Assembly: GCA_951406725.2 (NCBI GenBank)
Contig: OX597829.1
Coordinates: forward strand, 3,968,001 to 4,032,000
Reading direction: 5' to 3'
Origin: Octopus vulgaris
Taxonomy: Eukaryota
DNA length: 64,000 bases
The translations under genes were made by a program, and so were the position numbers. Numbering within the stretch: the stretch's first letter is position 1; the number at the start of each line of letters is the position of its first letter. This document shows positions 1-13,114 of the stretch, in pieces. A model generated the notes under the pieces. That model saw only the letters and a list, made by a program, of their open reading frames with translations. It was not told the origin of the DNA and made no database searches.

Positions 1-240
1 TGTGTGTGTGTGTGTGTATATATATATGTATATATATATATATATGTATATATATATGTGTGTGTGTGTGTGTGTATATATATGTATATATATATATATA
101 TGTGTATATATATATATGTTATATATATGTGTGTATATATATGTGTGTATATATATATATATGTGTATATATATATATGTGTGTATATATATATATGTGT
201 GTATATATATATGTGTGTGTGTATATATATATGTGTATAT

Positions 241-274
<34 letters not shown>

Positions 275-425
275 GTATGTATGTATATGTATGTATGTAT
301 ATGCATGTATATATATATATGTATATATGTGGTAATATAATAAATAATAAAATATATGCATATATACATACATATATGTACATACATCTACATGTATATA
401 TACATGCATATATATATATATATAC
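1..425. repeat. (TA)n/(TG)n compound microsatellite
   Basis: Direct reading; explains the YI/CV ORFs. Similar tracts at 738-784, 4879-5222, 9770-10037, 12040-12290, 44460-44640, 46264-46515, 54910-55320, 58563-58725. Confidence 0.98.
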
Positions 426-735
426 GAGTACAGGACACCACAAATAAACGTAGAACACAACGAGAGACGAGAACATAAAATCAAACAAGGAAACGGACTT
501 TTTTTAAACAACGAAAAAACAGAGTACAGGACAAACAATACAAGGAAAATACCCCTTCATCAGCTGTCCCTGGTTCGACTCAAAGTGTGTTTCGAAGGTA
601 AGGACAGAACACAGTCGAAACAATCCTTCCTGCAAAAGGAATTAAATAAAATTCTTTTGCAGAGGGGTAAAACAAGTGACAAAAACAGGACCTAAAAACA
701 ATACAAATGAAGATAAAACAGTACAATAAAACTGT

Positions 736-737
<2 letters not shown>
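424..737 (-). mobile_element. TA-flanked non-autonomous repeat, possibly Penelope pLTR-derived
   Basis: Bounded by (TA)n on both sides. Shares 'gggacag..ctgatgaaggg....ttgtcctgt...tcctgtac' (minus) with 40355-40500 (+) and 45843-46005 (-). Confidence 0.55.
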
Positions 738-787
<50 letters not shown>

Positions 788-940
788 TGTTCTTCCAAAA
801 TCTGCTATTGTTGGAATAGCTCATAGCTTTTGAAGGATACTTTTTGTGTAAAACCATCTGTTTAAGACTTCACAGTTAATATAGAAGAGGAGAAAAAGCA
901 ACAAAATACCTATAATAATTAGTAATATGGTTGTGATACA

Positions 941-1055
941 TGTTCCTAGTGTACCCTTATCAGACGAGTAGTCTTGATGGGTGTATAGTGCTTTGTATAT
1001 TTGTACACCAGTGTCAATTTGATGACATGCATTGCTCTCTCACTCAATGATGATG

Positions 1056-1092
<37 letters not shown>

Positions 1093-1178
1093 CAATAATG
1101 ATGATGATAATGGTAATAATAATGATGATGTTAATAATAATAATGATGATAATAATAATAATAATAATAATAATAATG
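941..1178 (+). mobile_element. 3' end of retroposon family E with (AAT/GAT)n tail
   Basis: gtgtacccttatcagacg...gcattgctctctcactcaat is the reverse complement of 28212-28290; followed by a long (AAT)n tail. Confidence 0.75.
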
Positions 1179-1356
1179 GTAGAAGGCCAACAATTTCGAG
1201 GGAGTGGGTAAATCAATTGCATTCAGTTTGACCTTAATTTATCGATTCCGTAAGGATGAAAGGCAAATAATAATGAGAAGAGTGAAACACTGGGCTCGAT
1301 GTAATCGACTTGCCGCCTCCCCACAAATTTTAGGCCTTGTATTTATAATAGAAAGG

Positions 1357-1391
<35 letters not shown>

Positions 1392-1406
1392 TACTACAAA
1401 TACTAA

Positions 1407-1525
1407 GGCGATGAGCTGGTAGAATTGTTAACACGCCGGGCGGAATGCTGCTAAACATTTCGTCCGTCTTTACGTTCTGTGTTCAAATTCCGCCGAGGTC
1501 GACTTTGCATTTCATCCATTCTTTT
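1407..1525 (+). mobile_element. SINE family A, partial copy
   Basis: ggcgatgagctggtagaa...gttcaaattccgccgaggtcgactttgc, homologous to full copies such as 5475-5705. Confidence 0.85.
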
Positions 1526-1621
1526 TCGTTTCTGCCAGCTCGCCACTTTCATGATAATGATGATGATGATTAATAGTACTTATCTTTTAAATATGTGGAT
1601 CGATCTTTCAGGTTGTTTGTG

Positions 1622-1935
1622 TGTGAGGCTATGTGGCAAGCATCTTGCTTCCCAACCACATGGTTCCGGGTTCAGTATCACTGCGTGATACCTTGAACAA
1701 GTGTCTTCTACTATAGCCTCGGACTGACAAAAACCTGCGTTTGTCCCCCACCATCACTTGAGAACTGGCGGTGATGCGTTTACGTCCCCCGTAACTTAGC
1801 GATTCGGCTAACAATAAGTACCAGGTTTTTTAAAAACAAAACAAGTACTAGAGTTGATATATTCGACTAAAAAAAAAAAAAATTCTCCAGGGCGGTGCCC
1901 CAGCACGGCCGCAAACTAATGACTAAAACAAGTTA
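1622..1935 (+). mobile_element. SINE family B (tRNA-like head, CORE-like 'ccttgggcaagt' box), diverged
   Basis: ggctatgtggcaag...ccacatggttccgggttcag...gtgccccagcacggccgc...tgactaaaacaag, homologous to 25147-25526. Confidence 0.85.
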
Positions 1936-4553
1936 AGAGATTTAAAAAAAACAAAAAGATATACGCGTGCGCGTATATGTCGGAATGAATCAATGTTCCT
2001 TCCCTATGGTGTTTTCGATAAGACTGACAAGGTAAGTTAAGTTTTTAACCCTCAGCGACGGAATAATGGGTCATTGATGAAGATTAATCAATTTTGAAAT
2101 CATCAATGATATGACTCCCATTCGCTTACCGTAGGGAGCACGTCTCCCTTGTCAGTCGTTAGAAAAGTAGTCTCGCGTGGCTAAGAGTTGTTTTGACTCT
2201 TATTTCTAGCAATGACTAGCACCCTCAGTTACTTTAGCAACGATTATACATCTGCCTTTCGCTTCTAGGTTGCGGATAGCCACCTTAATCATACACGCAC
2301 ACACGCGAGGACAGATATGTGTGTGTGTGTGTGTCCGTTCGTGTGTATATATGTCACCCGTGCGTGTATTTATATATGCATGCGTGTCATCCCGCGCTTG
2401 CACATCCATGTAAACTCGGGCATCCTTTAAAGAGTGGGGCGGAGTGATAGAAAGAAAAAAAGGGAAGAAGAGAAAAGCTAATTATATCTTGATTAGGATC
2501 AGTAGATTTGATGCCACTCAACTGATCGACTCTGTCTGCCATGGCAGCAATGCAATCAACCACAAACAGTCTAACTCTGCAGAATGGGATGCCTTTGTCA
2601 GTTTTCACTTTTGCTCGTCATCATTAATTTAGTGTGATGCCACCGCGACCACCACCCCTGATCCCCCTTCCTCCTGCTCCTCCTCCTCTTCACTTTGGCT
2701 TCCTGTAATCAGTTTCTGCTGTCCCTTCTCCCTCTCTCTCGCCCTCCTCTTACTACTACTCTTCCTCTTCTCCCGACTCACAATTGCGCAGGACGGATTG
2801 GCTTTCATTTATATTTGTTTTATTTATCTATTCTTTGTGTTTTTGTATTTGTTTCTAATTTTCTTTTTCTCCCTCGCAAAATGATATTATCGAGTAAGGA
2901 CTTGATAATATTTCTCTGAATCCATTTTTCTTACAAATGGCATCAATGCAAAAATATGGCATCGTTGCAAAAATACTTTTATAATTATTGATGTTGTTGT
3001 TTTTCCCTGTTTTATGGGGAGGGGGTGTTGTATGTCCCCCCCCCCTCATCCGAGAAAAACTATTGGCCATCTTCTGCGTCTATAAACATTTATACATTGA
3101 AGTTTATACTTTTGCTAAGTTCATTTGGCGTTCAGTGACGAGATGATGTTTCGTGCAGTTTTTCGCCTAACATGAAAACTTCCATGTAAAATTAGTGAAT
3201 AAGTCTTTATAATAGCTATTTCTTGAAGTTAAAGATCGTAACACTTGGCCAATATAGCCTACTCGGGTAAAATAACTTGCCTGCTAAAATGGCTAATGTA
3301 TATTTCACCGAATTGGGCATGGCTTAAAATGAGCAACCTCATCTTTGCGAATCTTTACTGTTTTTCCAAAGGGTTATTTCGTCTGTCCGCGGTATACCAA
3401 CTCAGTTTTTGATTAGCTTCTTTCATAATTCGTTCTCTCTCATTCACTCACTCACTCATCCTCTCTCGCTCTCTCTCCTCTCTTGCTCTCTCTCTCTCAA
3501 TCACTCTCTCCCTCCCTCCCTCTCTCTCCATATGTGTGTATGTGTTTGGTGATGCAAACAGGAAGGTTGAACTCAAAACATGATACAGATTTTTGTATTG
3601 CAAATCGGCAGAAGTTACAGACTACATTTACACTCATCAGACTTTATCTCTCAGTAATTTCTGCCGTTCAACAACAACAACAGTAGTAGTAGTAGTAGTA
3701 ATAATAATAATAATAATGATAAAATGATTCTTTAGTCGATTACATCGATCATAGTGCTCAATTCCGAAAGGATGAACAGCAAAGTCGACATCGGCGGAAT
3801 GTGTGTGTGTGCGTGCGGGGGTGGGGGGTAATGTTTTATTTCCTTTCAGATCTTGTGTCCTTTCGTTTTTTTGGAGGAAATTTAACCTGTTTCTAGTAGG
3901 TTGAACGATTACACAATAGTTTCTCAATAATAATAAGATGTTGTTGCTAAACTACTCGAATGACAGAAAAAGAATTTTCGTTATTATATTTAATTATATA
4001 TCTTTACACTTTATTATCCCAGATGAGATTTAGCTGTTATTTCTAGCATATCAAGAAACTACACACACACGCACACACACACACACATACACAGCATCAC
4101 GTTTATCTTTAAGTGTTGAGTGTGTATGTGTGTGTGTACATGCTTACATATATACAATCATACATGCATAGGGGTTTAGGAACAAAAACGACAACAAAGA
4201 AATACAAATTGATTCATTTTATGCCCTAAAAAAGAAGCGGAAGAGACCTCAAAGCTCTTTGGTCAAATTGAGAAGCGTGGATGACGTTTCGCGGAAGCAA
4301 TGCTATTATGGAAGATATGTCATGATGAAATGAAATATATGACAGATGAATAAAGTGAAATGGTATCACCCGACCAAGACCTGTTTCTTTCCAAGGGAGA
4401 TAATGTACAAGAACTTACGTTTTGTAAAGCCAAGGAAAACAGTGAGAATAATGTCCTTTTATGTGACACGGTCTTTCAAAATGTGACCTCGTGTGTACCG
4501 TTGGCGATTTTTTTTCCTCCGTCTTCCCTTCTCTGGATCTTTCCTTTTCCTTT

Positions 4554-4588
4554 GTTTCTGACGAAGAGCTCTGCTCGAAACATTAAAC
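4554..4588 (+). ncRNA. Minimal type I hammerhead-like ribozyme motif (Penelope pLTR type)
   Basis: gttt-CTGACGA-a-GAGC-tct-GCTC-GAAA-catt-aaac: core boxes, 4-bp stem II, stem I gttt/aaac. Stem III 'aacatt' looks like a CpG-decayed palindrome aacgtt. Confidence 0.65.
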
Positions 4589-4704
4589 CCTCCTTCTTTC
4601 CTTCTTTCTTGAGCGTCCAATAACACTATATTTGTTCCACGTCCTCGAGTTGTTGTGTTTTCTCTTTGTGTTTTCATTTTTGGATTAACTAATATATATA
4701 TATC

Positions 4705-4875
4705 AATGAAGTTAAACACAGGTGTTATTCAAATTCATTTACTTCCGACACAAGTTTCGAAGATATCACTGGTATTATTCCAAAGGAATAAAATGGTGCA
4801 AAACAAAGTAATCTTCTCTTCAGGGAAACATGTGTTGGAAGTAAAAGAATTTGAATAACACCTGCGTTTAACTCC

Positions 4876-4878
<3 letters not shown>
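4705..4878. mobile_element. Fold-back element with ~47-bp inverted arms, flanked by (TA)n
   Basis: aatgaagttaaacacaggtgttattcaaattcatttacttccgacaca vs tgtgttggaagtaaaagaatttgaataacacctgcgtttaactccatt (few mismatches). Confidence 0.85.
4742..4828 (-). ncRNA. Type I hammerhead ribozyme with complete canonical core
   Basis: Minus strand: tttcc-CTGAAGA-gaagat-(46-nt loop)-atcttc-GAAA-c-ttgt-GTC-ggaag. Stem I ttcc/ggaa, 6-bp stem II closed by G-C, short stem III, GUC cleavage triplet. Confidence 0.75.
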
Positions 4879-4929
<51 letters not shown>

Positions 4930-5474
4930 ATGTATGTATATATATGTATATATGTATATATGTATGTATATATGTATGTATATATACATGTATGTGTGTG
5001 TATATATATGTATATATGTATGTATATATATGTATCTGCATATATGTATGTATATATATATGTATATATACATGTATGTATATATATATGTATATATGTA
5101 TGTATATATATGTGTGTGCATATATGTATGTATATATATATATGTGTGTATATATATATGTATATGTACAGTATATATGTATACATACATATGCGCGCGC
5201 GCACACACACACACATATATATCTACTTATAAAAAGATGGGAAGATCCGAATCCTTTTGACTGAAAGTTTGCAGAATCAAAGATGACTCGGAGCTGCCTA
5301 GATATTTCAAACTTAACAATGTATCTTGAGCTTTTTTTGTCTAATACAGAATATGACTCGAGATGTGTTGAGTGTTATTTTCGCCAGCTTGACGATCACG
5401 TTGAGTCTTCTTCGTTGAGATTGTAGAAAAACATTTGCTAAAAGCTACATGTTGAAATAGGTGAAATAATACTG

Positions 5475-5705
5475 GGCGGCGAGCTGGCAGAAACGTTAGC
5501 ACGCCGGGCGAAATGCGTAGCCGTATTTCGTCCGCCGTTACGTTCTGAGTTCAAATTCCGCCGAGGCCGACTTTGCCTTTCATCCTTTCGGGGTCGATAA
5601 ATAAAGTACAAGTTACGCACTGGGGTCGATGTAATCGACTTAATCCGTTTGTCTGTCCTTGTTTGTCCTCTTTGTGTTTAGTCCCTTGTGGGTAGTAAAG
5701 CAATA
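5475..5705 (+). mobile_element. SINE family A, full-length
   Basis: A-box-like gagctggcagaa and B-box gagttcaaattcc; central gcctttcatcctttcggggtcgataaataaagtac resembles the MetaSINE-type domain as recalled; tail ...gggtagtaaagcaata. Confidence 0.92.
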
Positions 5706-5884
5706 GATATTAGGTACCCTGGGTACATCATGTCGGGAATATTAAAAATATAACGCTGCTTTCATGTATACATGTATGTATATGTTGGTTTTGTTTAGCT
5801 CCTGATAAGGCCTAATGAAACACTTATGATTGAAGGTATGTCATTCTTGACATCCGCAGATGTTTAGAGCTTTGTAGAAGTATA

Positions 5885-6090
5885 GTCGGGTGGTTAGGGT
5901 ATTGCACGCGTGATCGTAAGATCGTGGTTTCCATCTCAGACCGAGCAGGGCGTTGAATAAAACACTTTCACGTTGCTCTCCAGTCCACTCAGCTGGAAAT
6001 GTGTTCTAGCAATTAGTGTGAAGTTGACCCCGTCAGGGACCAGCATTCCGTCCAGGGGAGCACTGCCGTAATCTCATTTATACGCCATGA
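5885..6090 (+). mobile_element. Diverged tRNA-derived SINE (head related to family C)
   Basis: gtggttagggtattgcac...gtaagatcgtggtttccatctcagacc resembles the head of 46521-46810. Confidence 0.5.
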
Positions 6091-7054
6091 AAATGTGTTC
6101 TAGCAATTACATAAAATTACAGAAAATGATGTCACGTTTTATTTACTTAAGACATTTTTTAACGAGAAATTTGAAACATAAGGGGTGTGTGGGGGGGGGG
6201 AGTGGCTTGGGTGTTGTACGCACTTTCATTGGTTCTTCTTTGGTCGACATTGATCTGAGAGCTAAACGCCAACTATTGCAACACATAAAATGTATGTATA
6301 CTCCATAATGACCGGTAAACAGGAATAAATATAAATAAAAGACTAAGCTCATGCCACCCAGTTACCACTTTGGCAATTTATTACTACACACAATTAACAC
6401 AATATCAATTATGATGCTTATCAACATATGTATCTCATTAATAAACGTTTAAAAGATTAGTCGTTCACAGCGAAAAGTAAAAGCCGTATAAGTGAGACAT
6501 GAATCTCAGAGAGAAAACTCACTCTACTTGTAAACGTAAAATAATGCTTTAATACCATTAACATCTGTCTGGCAGAGAGAGAAGCTTAGATTAGCCGATT
6601 GGAATCTGACGTCAACTTGATCTATTGTCTTGGATACAATGCCTGCAACTATCACTGCTCACTTTTTGTGCCGATGCTGCCTCGGTGCCGTTTTGCGTTT
6701 GTAGGGAATAAAGATGCTGGCTTGATCATCTTGCATCTGACAACGAATTTCAGCTTTGTAGTGTTGATGTAGATGGCGCAATAGTATAGATGTAATGACA
6801 CCACCACTACTACTACTACTACCACCACCACTACCACAATGTCGAACAACTGCTGCTATGATTTTTCTTTTCACTCGTGAAGCGCCAGATTGTGATAAAA
6901 ACGCGACATACAACGCGATTCAAAAGAAGAAGAATCTGATATACGTGTGTGCGCGCGCGCGGGAAAAATGTTCTTGGTGTAGTCGAATGTTTGATAATTT
7001 GTTTTTGTTATAATTTGTCTTTGTTTTCATCCTCAGAATAAAAGAGAAATAGGG

Positions 7055-7640
7055 ATTTCTTTGGTCTTGATTAATTATTCATCCTGTTGAATAATTTTTG
7101 TCTCTGGAAGAATATTTTAAGTTCTTGCAGTCATCACTCTCGTCTCCTTGACTTTCTGACTATTATACAGATCACCATGATCACCGTAACCGACCAGGCT
7201 ATCAGATGTTGCTACACATCGCTGGTCACAATGCGCTTTGCATTGTTTTAGCCTTCAAATGACGCCACCCCCGCTGGCTAAGCGAGCAGGCCAACAGAAG
7301 AAAAAGTGGGAGAAAGTACGGTAGGGATCGCCAGCACTCCCTGCCGGAGCGGAGCTACACTCACAACGTCCGGTCTGGGAATCGAAACCGCGATCCTACA
7401 ACCGCGAGTCTACTGCCCTAACCACTGGGCCATTGCGCCTCCACATTATACAGATATATCTTGCCTTAATAAAATTCTTTTAATATGGTTTCGGGTGGTA
7501 AGACCTGAAGTTTAAGTATCGATGTGTACCCGTATCTTTCTACTAGCGATCATCTTGCTTAATTATCAGAATGTCCCGAAATGGCAATTCCCCTTCATTC
7601 ATTTCTGTTGTGAATTTTATCGATCCGTAAATGATCGTTG
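7055..7640 (-). mobile_element. Decayed Penelope-like element reverse transcriptase fragment
   Basis: Minus translation IKFTTEMNEGELPFRDILII (PLE IxFTxE...LPFLD motif), then frameshifted HRYL/NFRSYHPK and, after the SINE insertion, LQELKIFFQRQ. Confidence 0.75.
7171..7444 (-). mobile_element. SINE family C inserted in the PLE remnant
   Basis: Reverse complement of 46521-46810 (ggcgcaatggcccagtggttaggg head); TSD attatacag at 7162-7170 and 7445-7453. Confidence 0.9.
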
Positions 7641-8448
7641 ATTGATTGATTGATTTTTTTTTTTTTTTTTTTTTTTGTAATCTTGTAAAATCTTCCCTAA
7701 ATTTGGTTTCAAAATATGAATCTGCTACCGGGAAATTTTTTTTCCAGTTTTCTGAAAATCTGATCAAAAATTGATGTCCCATCTCGATGTGTGCGTGCGT
7801 GTGCGAAGAAGAAAAAGAAGAAGAAGAACAACAACAAGAAGAAACTTGTTAGAATACCATTGATTGAGAAATCGAACGAAATCGAAAGGTGTTTGTGAAA
7901 ATAGGTTTTGGGATAGAGAGCTGAAACTGGAAGAAATCAAATTTAATATTGAAATAAGAATATATGGAAAATACTAGGATGGTTATTACATTTACTAAAC
8001 TAAATAGAAGATGTACCCTAAAAGAGACCAAACAACACCTTGAGGTGGAGAGCTAAGTTGAAAAGGATGTAGCAATATAGAATAAGTTGTACTGGCGAAG
8101 CAGTGATATGTGGGATTGTGTTGTAAAGTGTGAGCGAGAGAGGAGTAAGGGACTTTGTTTTATCCCCAATAAACGAAGAGAGGTGTGTAGTGTGAAGACT
8201 GAAGCAGAAGGATATTACAAACTGATGAAAAATAGAGAGGAGAAAGAGAAGAAAAAAAATTATTATTTCACGTTATCGAGAAAGATAAACTGTGAACTTG
8301 ACTGAAATATAAAGGACATACGAGGAAAAGAAAGAGCAACGGAAATCATGATTGTGGGTGAACAAGAAGAAAAAGTTGTAAATATCAAATTGTAAATATC
8401 AAATGTAAGTCAAAGTCGTGAAGTTGCCAAGTGTATATGAAATGTAAG

Positions 8449-8657
8449 AAGCAGCGAGCTGGCAGAAGCGTTAGCACGCCGGGCGAAATGCTTAGCAGCA
8501 TTTCGTCCGCCGCTACGTTCTGAGTTCAAATTCCGCCGAGTTCGACTTTGCCTTTCATCCTTTCGGGGTCGATTAAATAAATACCAGTTACGCACTGAGG
8601 TCGATATAATCGACTTAATCTGTCCTTGTTTGTCCTCTCTGTGGTAGTAAAGAAATT
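8449..8657 (+). mobile_element. SINE family A with 15-bp TSD
   Basis: TSD tatatgaaatgtaag at 8434-8448 and 8658-8672. Confidence 0.92.
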
Positions 8658-9765
8658 TATATGAAATGTAAGTCTAAGTTAGTGAAATTGCCAAGTGTGT
8701 ATAACATATCGTTTTGATTAACTCGGAGTTGGAACAGTGTCGGTAAGCGGAGCCTGAATCATGACTTGAAGTTTTACTTTGTTGTTCTTATATGTAGCAA
8801 GATGGTGAAGATTTTAAACGAAGAAAACCACCGGATAAAGGGAAAAAAAGATATAGTGTATCGCTAGTGGGAAGTTTCAATTGAAAATAAATGAAAACTT
8901 ATAAAGGCATCGTCCAGGAATTATTTGCTTAAAATTATTTGCAAGATTTGTAAAAATTTACTGTAATAGGGAGCAAAAAGCTCATCTGTGATGACGATAA
9001 AGTTTTTAGAAGGCCTCAAAAGATACTTCTTGACTTCCATACCTTTTGTTATTTCTGTTTATTATAGAGTTCGCTTTCAGAGGGAGTGAGTGTGTGTGTG
9101 TATGCGTGTGCGTTTGTATTATATTTACATACTCTTGATGTGACGACGGCAAATATACACTAACCAGCATATCACTTCACCTATCGTTGTAACCTCGCTA
9201 CCATTAGACAGGGTTTGAGTCACTGCTGCATCACACTAATCCATGACCTCTTGGCACTAATTGGCAGCCGATTAAATGCACAATAGTACTTGGATCGTGT
9301 CTTATATTATCTTTCCTCCCCGAAAAGTGAAAAACAAAGTCAATCTTGGCGGAAAACATAAAGAGCCGGAGCAGTTACTTTGAGGTATTCTGTTCCATGT
9401 TCTGACGATTCTGCCAGTTCACCGTCCGAGTAAGAATGTACGAGATTACTCATTTTCCAACTCCTTACAATGACAGCCCATGTTAATTATGACCCTACTA
9501 ATGAATTTCAGGTACATATTTCCTGAGACGTACAAGCATACACGGCAATACAGATAGGCTAGGGCTTTCAGAGAAAGAAATCAATCGATTCTCACATCAC
9601 AAATACAATCTGTTAGTGGAACAGTTAAAATATGCAAGACTTTTATCAAATTTAAAACGGGACATTGTTTTTGCTATCTACATTCCAACAAAAGAGCTTT
9701 GTATCTTTGCTAGAAACCAGCTCCTTCCTCAGAGGAAGAACTTAAATAATTAAAAACACAAGAGA

Positions 9766-9821
<56 letters not shown>

Positions 9822-9843
9822 GTGTATGTATATATAATATACA

Positions 9844-9884
<41 letters not shown>

Positions 9885-10115
9885 AGACAAAAGAGTAATA
9901 TATCATGTATATATATATATCATGTATATATATATATATATATATATAAGAGCAAAAGAGTAATATATCATGTATATATATATATATGTATGTATATATA
10001 TATATATATGTATGTATATATATATATATATATATAATAAATATTAGGAATAAATCCAAAATTACAGGAAAAAAATCAGATTTAGGATTAAATAATTTTA
10101 TATAAAATATATAAA

Positions 10116-10318
10116 ATATATATATTTTGCAAACAAAAAGGAAAGACTAATAATACATAAAATTTTAATAAATAGAGCAACAATCGTTCTTGTCTTGATC
10201 GACAATTTCAGACTAATAAGTCAGTTTCAATCATAATTTGAAACGACTATCCTGAATTGTCGAAGACAAACTATATATTTATTAAAATTTTATGTATTGA
10301 TATCTTTCCTTGTTTGTT

Positions 10319-10335
<17 letters not shown>
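10116..10335. mobile_element. Fold-back (MITE-like) element in TA context
   Basis: ttttgcaaacaaaaaggaaaga...aatacataaaattttaataaata pairs with tatttattaaaattttatgtatt...tctttccttgtttgttttgcaaaa; inner stems tcgacaatt.cag/ctgaattgtcga and gtttcaa/ttgaaac. Confidence 0.75.
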
Positions 10336-10371
<36 letters not shown>

Positions 10372-11587
10372 ATATTTATGTATTAGTCTCTCCACTTGTG
10401 TGTGTGTGTGTTTCATTAACCCTAGATCAATCCTATTTACTTGGTTCATTCCTCATATAGAAAATTTTATATTAAAATTATTTTTGATCGCCGATGAAGA
10501 TGTTCGAACTTGCATCACCTTTGACACAAGTCGACCTGGTATTTCTGTCATGTGATACTGAGTAAACCAGTGAAATTATCCTCTCTCCCGCGCTCTCCCC
10601 CCCCCTCTCTCTGTTCTATCTTCAGAGACTAACATGGTGTCAAAGTCATATTTTAATGAAATTGTTATTACAATGGAATCATTATTGATTCAATGTATGA
10701 ACCGTGTTATTTAATATTCCATGTTAAAGTTAATTTCCTTCCGTCTTTATTATATATATATATATATATCAATGTTCTAGAAATGTTTCAAAATTGAAGT
10801 GTAACCTCGCACACATATTTCCCATGGTGGCAACTGTTCACCAGTATTTTCCTCCTCTCACTCGAATGCCAGCAGATGTTGTCGCGCCCGCGCGCGCTCA
10901 CATCGTTTCTTTCTTCTTCCGTTTCTCTCACCTCTGTCACTGCTGCTAGTGGCATTTCTCTCACGACTGTCGATTCTTTCTGCAGCCATCTACCTATCAG
11001 ATGCTGTTTTCTCCGTCATAAATATCAAGCGAGATAGTAATTTTAACTAAATTTGGCAACTGGAAGTGTTTGAAAGCTACTAGTTTGATTTATAAACTTA
11101 TCTGCCGGGAATAGCAGAAGATAAATAACTTGAAGAGGAACGGTTGTCACGGAAGAAAGATGAGTTGTTACCCAGACACAGATGCTTGCGTGGATATCAC
11201 GAATGCCAAGATTGGTTGGTTGTCGAAGAAATGAGAAAATGGCGTTTTTACTTTATGTTATGCAGAACGATGTTGCAAAAAAACGAAGTTACTTTTCTTG
11301 TGTACACTGGAATGGTTATTGATAGCAATATTCGCATTTTCGAAGAATACTGTCTGTAAAGACAATTCTTAACTATTTCATTTTTATGAATATCAATGTT
11401 ATCGCTAAACAAAGCTTAATCGATAGAAAGAGGTGTAATCGAAATTTATTCCTCTTCTGTGACATTGTCTTAATGTCTTCATATATTGTTTTATTCGGTT
11501 GTTAGCCCTGATCATGTACAGCTATTGATCAAAAAGTGGTATCATCCCATATTTTAGGTGTAACTTGAACTAATGATCTCTATAATG

Positions 11588-11905
11588 CAGGGATTCTCAA
11601 CTATTTATTATTATTTATTTATGGACCCCTTTCGTTACTATTTCATTCTGGTGGACGCCATAGGCATTCGACGTTTAAAAACTAGTTTTATAATTCAAAA
11701 TTCCCTTTTTTTTATTTTTCACACATTAATTTTTGTAGGTTGGACGGTGTAAAGTGTTAGAGGAAGAAACCTAGCAGTTTCTTGCAATGCCATCTAAAGC
11801 AAAAGGTTTTCAGGGGCCCCTTATGATACTCTTGTGGATCTCCGATTTACTATTTTGTTGCGTGGACCCCAAAAATCTTAAATGGATTCCGGTTGAGAAG
11901 AACTG
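11588..11905. mobile_element. hAT (Charlie-like) MITE
   Basis: TIRs cagggattctcaac...gttgagaagaactg; 8-bp TSD ctataatg / ccataatg (7/8 match). Confidence 0.8.
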
Positions 11906-12120
11906 CCATAATGAGTTGTTTATTTAAAGTGACTGGACATTGTTCGTCAACTTGTTTCACTTTGTGACACACCGGAGATCAAACATAAATTTAGTGTTGG
12001 ACTTTCCAGATAATTTTTTCAAATATTAGTTAAAAATTCATATACATATACATATACACACACACACACACACACATATATATATGTATATATATATATG
12101 TGTATATATACATAATATAC

Positions 12121-12176
<56 letters not shown>

Positions 12177-12197
12177 CATACATACATACATACACAC

Positions 12198-12235
<38 letters not shown>

Positions 12236-12236
12236 T

Positions 12237-12290
<54 letters not shown>

Positions 12291-12709
12291 TAAGTGGTGT
12301 CTTATTAATCATAACTGTACAACGCAATTATAAATTACTTATTTTTCAACTATTCGTATATTTTTCATTATAGCTATATATTTTAATATCTTGTCTAGGC
12401 ATAGTGATACTATTAACCAGTTGTTGAAATTCACTTTACACATATATTTTAGAGTGAAGCATTAAGCGAGTACAGAGCGTGATATTAATTGATGAATAAC
12501 AGAAAACACGGGATGCAATAGCTTCCAAGTGTTTCTGTTTTAAGGAGCAGGTACACCCAGAACTGAGTGGGTATGCAACATTTTATGGCTACCTCAGAAC
12601 CACGAAAATGATGTACGTTTATTTCGGAAAGTATTTAAATACACAGAAATGATTACCTCCTGAACCACACACACACACATGCACACACAAACCACGAAAG
12701 GTGAATATA

Positions 12710-13114
12710 CTCTTTACTCTTTTTACTCTTTTACTTGTTTCAGTCATTTGACTGCGGCCATGCTGGAGCACCGCCTTTAGTCGAGCAAATCGACCCCGGG
12801 ACTTATTCTTTGGAAGCCCAGTACTTATTCTATCGGTCTATTTTGCCGAACCGCTAAGTGACGGGGACGTAAACACACCAGCATCGGTGGTCAAGCAATG
12901 CTAGGGGGACAAACACAAATACACAAACACACACACACATGCAAATATACGACGGGCTTCTTTCAGTTTCCGTCTACCAAATCCACTCACAAGGCATTAG
13001 TCGGCCCGGGGCTATTAGCAGAAGTCACTTGCCCAAGGTGCCACGCAGTGGGACTGAACCCGGAACCATGTGGTTGGTTAGCAAGTTACTTACCACACAG
13101 CCACTCCTGCGCCT
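12710..13114 (-). mobile_element. SINE family B, full-length
   Basis: Near-identical to 13766-14190, 25147-25526, 33730-34130 and 50711-51122; internal (CA/TA)n. Confidence 0.93.
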
